Below are positions 59,095 through 64,000 of a DNA stretch of 64,000 nt, in pieces (position 1 is the stretch's first letter; the number at the start of each line of letters is the position of its first letter). Under the pieces are notes generated by a model, which was not told where the DNA came from, did not search any database, and was given only the letters and a program-made list of their open reading frames with translations. Made by a program: the position numbers and the translations under genes. Source of the DNA: Thainema sp. (lineage in GTDB: Bacteria > Cyanobacteriota > Cyanobacteriia > Phormidesmidales > Phormidesmidaceae); assembly GCA_052168235.1 (NCBI GenBank), contig JBQLZK010000002.1, forward strand, positions 64,001 through 128,000, written 5' to 3'.

Positions 59095-60081
59095 TTAAAC
59101 GCAGTTGGGACAGGCGCGATCGGCTTCGAAATCCGCCAGATTAGAAAGCGTTGTATGTGCGATCGCATCCAATGCATTTTGCGTAAAAAAGGCTTGGTGA
59201 GCTGTGATCACCACATTGGTGAATGATTGCAGAAGTTGAAATGTCTCGTCCTGAATCACAACGTCAGACAAATCCTCAAAAAACAAATCGGCTTCTTCTT
59301 CATAGACATCAATGCCCAGATAGCCGATTGTGCCGTCTTTGATGGCATCAATGGCAGCACGGGTATCAATCAGTCCACCCCGACTGGTATTAATTAGCAT
59401 TGCGCCTCGCTTCAAGTGCTGAAGAGAATCCCCATTGATCAAGTGATAGGTATCTGGCAGCAGCGGACAGTGGAGTGACACAATATCGGAGCGCGATAGT
59501 AGCTCAGGCATATCGACGTATTGTACCCCCAGTTCTAAACAGGCTGAATTTTGCTGTACGTCATGAGCCAGCAGCTTACAGCCAAAGCCATGCATAATCC
59601 GGGTAAAGCATTCGCCGATTTTACCTGTGCCAACAACGCCTACTGTAGAGCCGTGCAGGTCAAACCCCAATAGGCCACTGAGGGCAAAGTTGTCCTCACG
59701 GGTGCGGTTATAAGCCCGATGCAGTTTGCGATTGAGGGTGAGAATGAGGCCCACCGCATGTTCTGCCACCGCATAAGGTGAGTAAGCAGGCACCCGCGCC
59801 ACTGTAATACCGTGTTGCTTGGCGGCATCTAAATCTACGTTGTTGTAGCCAGCCGATCGCAAAACTACAAAGTGCGTCCCCTGATCCGCTAAGGTCTTCA
59901 ACGTCTCATGGTCAAGCTGGTCGTTGATGAAGACACAAACCGCTGGAAATCCCTCTGCTAGTTTGACTGTACTTGGAGTAAGCCGGGGCTCAAAAAAAGT
60001 GAGGTCATGCCCATAGGACTCATTGGTTGAGCGAAGCGAAGAGCGATCGTAGGGTTTTGTACTAAAAACAGCAACTTTCAT
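59095..60081 (-). CDS. ldhA: D-lactate dehydrogenase / D-2-hydroxyacid dehydrogenase
   Basis: LRSAGYNNVD, VPAYSPYAVAEH, GTGKIG, INTSRG and TAHQAF motifs. Confidence 0.9.
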   Translation of the reverse strand: MKVAVFSTKPYDRSSLRSTNESYGHDLTFFEPRLTPSTVKLAEGFPAVCVFINDQLDHETLKTLADQGTHFVVLRSAGYNNVDLDAAKQHGITVARVPAYSPYAVAEHAVGLILTLNRKLHRAYNRTREDNFALSGLLGFDLHGSTVGVVGTGKIGECFTRIMHGFGCKLLAHDVQQNSACLELGVQYVDMPELLSRSDIVSLHCPLLPDTYHLINGDSLQHLKRGAMLINTSRGGLIDTRAAIDAIKDGTIGYLGIDVYEEEADLFFEDLSDVVIQDETFQLLQSFTNVVITAHQAFFTQNALDAIAHTTLSNLADFEADRACPNCV

Positions 60082-60250
60082 AAATCTTGCAGCACCACGG
60101 GCGGATTAGGTCTTCGCCAGTGATGGTATCGTCAACAGCGCTTCGAATGTATCAAACGATAGTCAGAAATCGCTGTTGCGATCGCAACCAGCAGCCCTAA
60201 ACAATGGTTCCAGATCTACAATTGCTCGATTAAATTGCACTATGACTGGG

Positions 60251-61126
60251 TTAATTCATGGAAGTGGCATCACGGGTTGCGCTGTCGCTGGATTGCGATC
60301 TCGTTGCGAGGACTTCTACCGTTTCGCCAACTTGTACGGTACCTAGCTCGTTTTGGATCAGGTTCTGACCAAACCAGATTTGGCCATCCCACAGCCGATA
60401 TTTGGCCAATGTCCGTAGCGGTTCACTGCTCCGTACGGCAGTCGATTGCTCCACCGTGGTCATAATACAGCGCGAACAGGGCTTTACCACCTGAAACGAC
60501 ACAGGGCCAATCTGAATTTGGCTCCAGGTATCTTCCTCGTGAGCCTGCACGCCATCTACGACAAAATTAGGCCGAAATCGATCCATCGGCACAGGATGAG
60601 CTAACTGCTGATTGAGGTTATCCAGCGATGCCTGAGAAATCAGCAAAAACGGATAGCCATCGGCAAAACTCACGAGCTGATTCGACAGGAGCGGATGATT
60701 CACCAGCCGACGCGATGAGTCTGGCATGTAGACCAACTGGCAGCGCACGTTGAGAAATCGACTAAACCACTCATTAATTTCATCATTTAGTGGAATCGCG
60801 CCACAGATATCCCGCCAAACCTGAACCGAAAGCTGGCCTTTGCGGTTTGGTTGTAAGGGAACCGAGAGCGGCGGCATTTGGGGGGCTGCGATCGCCAATC
60901 GTCCCTCCTCGGCTGCGATCGCAACTTGAATCAAAGCCATGCGCGGATGCTGACGCTGAGTCATAAACTGACCCGCTTGATCCACCAACATCCAGCGCCG
61001 ATCGTACTGTAGCCCCCGTGTTTCAACCTGCCCCGTTGACAGGGAAATACCAGCGGCAGATTTAATCGGATAAATATACAGACCGCTTAGGGTGATGGGG
61101 GGCATGCATCCAACTCCAGCAATCAT
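60251..61126 (-). CDS. MOSC domain protein (YcbX-like)
   Basis: IYPIKS, DRRWML, FADGYPFLL, RFRPN and CSRC motifs. Confidence 0.92.
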   Translation of the reverse strand: MIAGVGCMPPITLSGLYIYPIKSAAGISLSTGQVETRGLQYDRRWMLVDQAGQFMTQRQHPRMALIQVAIAAEEGRLAIAAPQMPPLSVPLQPNRKGQLSVQVWRDICGAIPLNDEINEWFSRFLNVRCQLVYMPDSSRRLVNHPLLSNQLVSFADGYPFLLISQASLDNLNQQLAHPVPMDRFRPNFVVDGVQAHEEDTWSQIQIGPVSFQVVKPCSRCIMTTVEQSTAVRSSEPLRTLAKYRLWDGQIWFGQNLIQNELGTVQVGETVEVLATRSQSSDSATRDATSMN

Positions 61127-61273
61127 AAATGGACTGATTGAACACCCGAATTCAAAATAGAATTCAGACTAAAGAGTCCATTATCACCCTTCACTGTCAT
61201 TCATGGTGGACTGAGCCCTTAATGACAATAGCAGTCTGTTGTTGCCAATTGTTTTTGACAGTTATGTAACATA

Positions 61274-61355
61274 TGCGGATGGCGAGACTCGAACTCGCAA
61301 GGCTTGCGCCACACGCCCCTCAAGCGTGCGTGTCTACCAATTCCACCACATCCGC
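61274..61355 (-). tRNA. trnL: tRNA-Leu(GAG)
   Basis: GCGGATGTGGTGGAATTGGTAGACACGCACGCTTGAGGGGCGTGTGGCGCAAGCCTTGCGAGTTCGAGTCTCGCCATCCGCA: cloverleaf with long variable arm; CCA not encoded. Confidence 0.96.
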
Positions 61356-61696
61356 GTGGGATATACGCTTTCTAGAATCTGAGCTGATCTGTAACCTGAA
61401 CGGTTACTTTTATCCTGTTGACAGATCAATAAACAGAACCAACTGCGATTTATCAGCATAGACCATTATGCTACCTTTGCAACCCTCTGACAAGTAAAAT
61501 CATTGCTAATCCTCAAAAGAGACTGATTGTGTGTGTTGTGCGTGGCGTGGGCTCTGTTTACCCGCCCGAAATCATCATCAACCGCCGCTACTCAATCATC
61601 AATTGATTGACGAGCAAGGCTCAACCACATGGTAGGATTAACTACCGTCAAGATACAGTCAGATAATCGTTTCTAAAAGACAGCATCGGCTACCAG

Positions 61697-63055
61697 ATGA
61701 GCTTTTCCAAGATTTTAATTGCGAACCGAGGGGAAATTGCGCTACGCATCATTCGAACATGCGAGGAACTTGGGATTGCCACGGTTGCCGTCCATTCGAC
61801 AGTGGACAAGCATGCGCTCCATGTTCAGCTCGCGGATGAAGCCGTTTGCATTGGCGAAGCTCCCAGCAGCAAAAGCTACCTGAATATCCCTAACATTATC
61901 GCTGCGGCTTTGACGCGCAACGCCTCTGCGATTCATCCCGGCTACGGTTTCTTGGCCGAAAACGCCAAATTTGCTGAAATCTGTGCTGATCACCAAATTA
62001 CTTTCATTGGCCCTACTCCAGAAGCCATGCTGTCGATGGGCGATAAGTCCACGGCCAAGGCAACCATGCAGCGAGTGGGTGTACCCACTGTACCGGGTAG
62101 TGATGGTTTAGTACTGGAAGACCAGGATGCACTTGCGATCGCAGATCGGATCGGCTACCCAGTCATGATCAAAGCCACGGCTGGCGGCGGTGGCCGTGGT
62201 ATGCGCCTAGTACGCGATCCAGGCGATTTATTGAAGCTATTTTCGGCAGCACAAGGTGAAGCCGAAGCAGCCTTTGGCAATCCTGGGCTTTATCTGGAAA
62301 AATTTATCGAACGTCCTCGCCACATTGAGTTTCAAATTTTAGCCGACAGCTATGGTAACGTTGTTCACCTGGGTGAACGAGACTGTTCAATTCAGCGTCG
62401 CCACCAGAAATTACTGGAAGAAGCTCCCAGTCCGGCTCTTGATCCAGTTCTGCGCGAAAAAATGGGTCAGGCTGCAGTACGAGCCGCTCAGTCCATTAAC
62501 TACGTTGGAGCCGGAACGGTAGAATTTTTGCTCGATGCCCACGGCAACTTCTACTTCATGGAGATGAATACCCGCATCCAGGTTGAGCATCCCGTCACTG
62601 AAGTTATCACGGGGTTAGACCTGATTGCAGAGCAAATCCGAGTGGCTCAAGGCGAACGGCTCTCGTTTACCCAAGATGAGATCTGTTTACGAGGTCACGC
62701 CATCGAATGCCGCATTAATGCTGAAGATCCAGCACATAATTTCCGGCCTCATCCGGGGCGAATCAACGGTTACTTACCTCCCGGCGGCAATGGTGTACGC
62801 ATGGATTCCCATGTCTATACAGACTATGAAATTCCGCCTTACTACGATTCACTAATTGGCAAACTCATTGTCTGGGGGCCAGATCGACCTACAGCAATTC
62901 GCCGTATGCGGCGGGCACTGCGTGAGTGCGCCATCACCGGACTGCCCACTACCATCAGTTTTCATCAGAAGGTGCTAGAAACGCCCCAGTTTTTGGCTGG
63001 CGATGTCTTTACTGACTTTGTAGACAAGGTTATGATGCCGTCTACACAAACCTGA
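61697..63055 (+). CDS. accC: Acetyl-CoA carboxylase biotin carboxylase subunit
   Basis: [29 protein letters not shown] and [14 protein letters not shown] motifs. Confidence 0.98.
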   Translation: MSFSKILIANRGEIALRIIRTCEELGIATVAVHSTVDKHALHVQLADEAVCIGEAPSSKSYLNIPNIIAAALTRNASAIHPGYGFLAENAKFAEICADHQITFIGPTPEAMLSMGDKSTAKATMQRVGVPTVPGSDGLVLEDQDALAIADRIGYPVMIKATAGGGGRGMRLVRDPGDLLKLFSAAQGEAEAAFGNPGLYLEKFIERPRHIEFQILADSYGNVVHLGERDCSIQRRHQKLLEEAPSPALDPVLREKMGQAAVRAAQSINYVGAGTVEFLLDAHGNFYFMEMNTRIQVEHPVTEVITGLDLIAEQIRVAQGERLSFTQDEICLRGHAIECRINAEDPAHNFRPHPGRINGYLPPGGNGVRMDSHVYTDYEIPPYYDSLIGKLIVWGPDRPTAIRRMRRALRECAITGLPTTISFHQKVLETPQFLAGDVFTDFVDKVMMPSTQT

Positions 63056-63068
63056 TTACTAGGTAGGC

Positions 63069-63101
63069 ACCAAAAAAGACGGCAGCGCCGTCTTTTTTGG
63101 T
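63069..63101. terminator. Bidirectional terminator
   Basis: ACCAAAAAAGACGGC-AGC-GCCGTCTTTTTTGGT. Confidence 0.8.
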
Positions 63102-63133
63102 CGTGGAAAACAATCAAAGTGCCTACCAGCTAG

Positions 63134-63415
63134 TTACATCATGTGAACTAAACCTTGCTGGCCGAGTAGGATTTCGCGTACCAGGCTCAAAATCCCGACC
63201 CAGATGATGGGGGAGATGTCAACACCACCCAACGGTGGGATCAGCTTCCGGACGGGAATGAGAAATGGTTCTGTTGGCCAAGCGACTAAATTAAAGGGCA
63301 GACGGTTCAGGTCAGCTTGAGGATACCAGGTCAGCACGATCCGGAAAATAAACAGCAGGATCATGAGTCCGAGTAGAGGCCCAAGAACCCAAGTTGCAGC
63401 AGTTTCAAGCGTCAT
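63134..63415 (-). CDS. yggT: YggT family membrane protein (start uncertain)
   Basis: FIFRIVLTWYP, PTEPFL and PPLGGVDISP motifs. Confidence 0.9.
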   Translation of the reverse strand: MTLETAATWVLGPLLGLMILLFIFRIVLTWYPQADLNRLPFNLVAWPTEPFLIPVRKLIPPLGGVDISPIIWVGILSLVREILLGQQGLVHMM

Positions 63416-63695
63416 GTCGTTCAACCCATCCAGTTGCATCATCTTGTTGTCGTTATCATCGACCAAAGCGGCTACCCGTGGCGCATCTTTAGCGATATCT
63501 GTTGGTTTTGTTTGTGTTGTGGAGATATCTAAGCAAATTATAACCTTTTGTAAAGACAAGCGGCCTAGCGGCAACTTGCTGTTTTAAGTACGGTTCAGCA
63601 AATTTAGTTACAATCAAGCTTCTCAAGACTGTAACAGCCCTATAAAATTAAGTTAATAAAGTCAACGTTTCAACCTTTCGGAAAGGTAAGCCATT

Positions 63696-63815
63696 ATGAC
63701 TCCATCTTTGATGAATTTCATTTTAAGCCTGGTAGCGGGTGCAGCAATCGTTGTTATTCCTGCCACTGTTGCCTTGATCTTTATTAGCCAACGCGACAAA
63801 ATTCAACGCAGCTAG
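63696..63815 (+). CDS. psbX: Photosystem II reaction centre protein X (not in ORF track)
   Basis: Hand translation MTPSLMNFILSLVAGAAIVVIPATVALIFISQRDKIQRS; divergent from yggT as usual in cyanobacteria. Confidence 0.95.
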   Translation: MTPSLMNFILSLVAGAAIVVIPATVALIFISQRDKIQRS

Positions 63816-64000
63816 AACCTTTTAGGGCTAGTAAGCTGCATCTGACTTCCAAGGGACGTACGACGAATGTACGTCCCTATTGTTTAGGTTTAACGGAGAA
63901 TGTGAGCGGTTTACAGTCTGTAGCGATTTGCCCAGTCGGTTTACTACTGACGGTATGCATACAGTATTCGTTAAGAGTTTAGCTTCCATAAACGAACTTG

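Noticed and set aside
61273..61461. 62-aa ORF in the track
   Set aside because: It is the antisense shadow of the tRNA-Leu gene.
61200..61696. Integrative element at tRNA-Leu
   Set aside because: No integrase and no duplicated tRNA 3' end; the flanking genes are housekeeping.

Overview
This window is core chromosome from a cyanobacterium, probably a filamentous non-heterocystous one: the HIP1 octamer GCGATCGC is very frequent, and psbX, chlM, sigF, an hpsE-like gene and a ycf46-like ATPase are present. It holds about 50 mostly housekeeping CDSs (xth, hemC, rpsU, dacB, lptC, lipB, hpf, pntA1/A2/B, the rpmH-rnpA-PH-yidC-jag-yceD-ycf46 cluster, sbcC-like, two hybrid histidine kinases, amt, purE, nagA, chlM, sigF, slyD, wza-like, ldhA, accC, yggT, psbX) and a tRNA-Leu(GAG). 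I found no transposase, integrase, phage or CRISPR array. The unusual content is intergenic. (i) There are seven TA-flanked miniature inverted-repeat elements of about 90-125 bp in at least three families, each with an internal hairpin. One is nested inside another with a clean TA duplication, and related copies show compensatory changes in both arms. (ii) There are many long near-perfect palindromes and GTAG-type REPs. (iii) There are three candidate structured RNAs: an NtcA-preceded amt leader with a possible pseudoknot, a long G-U-rich rpsU leader, and an orphan plus-strand sRNA preceded by a CRP-like site. All gene calls come from recognising motifs by eye; no database search was run.
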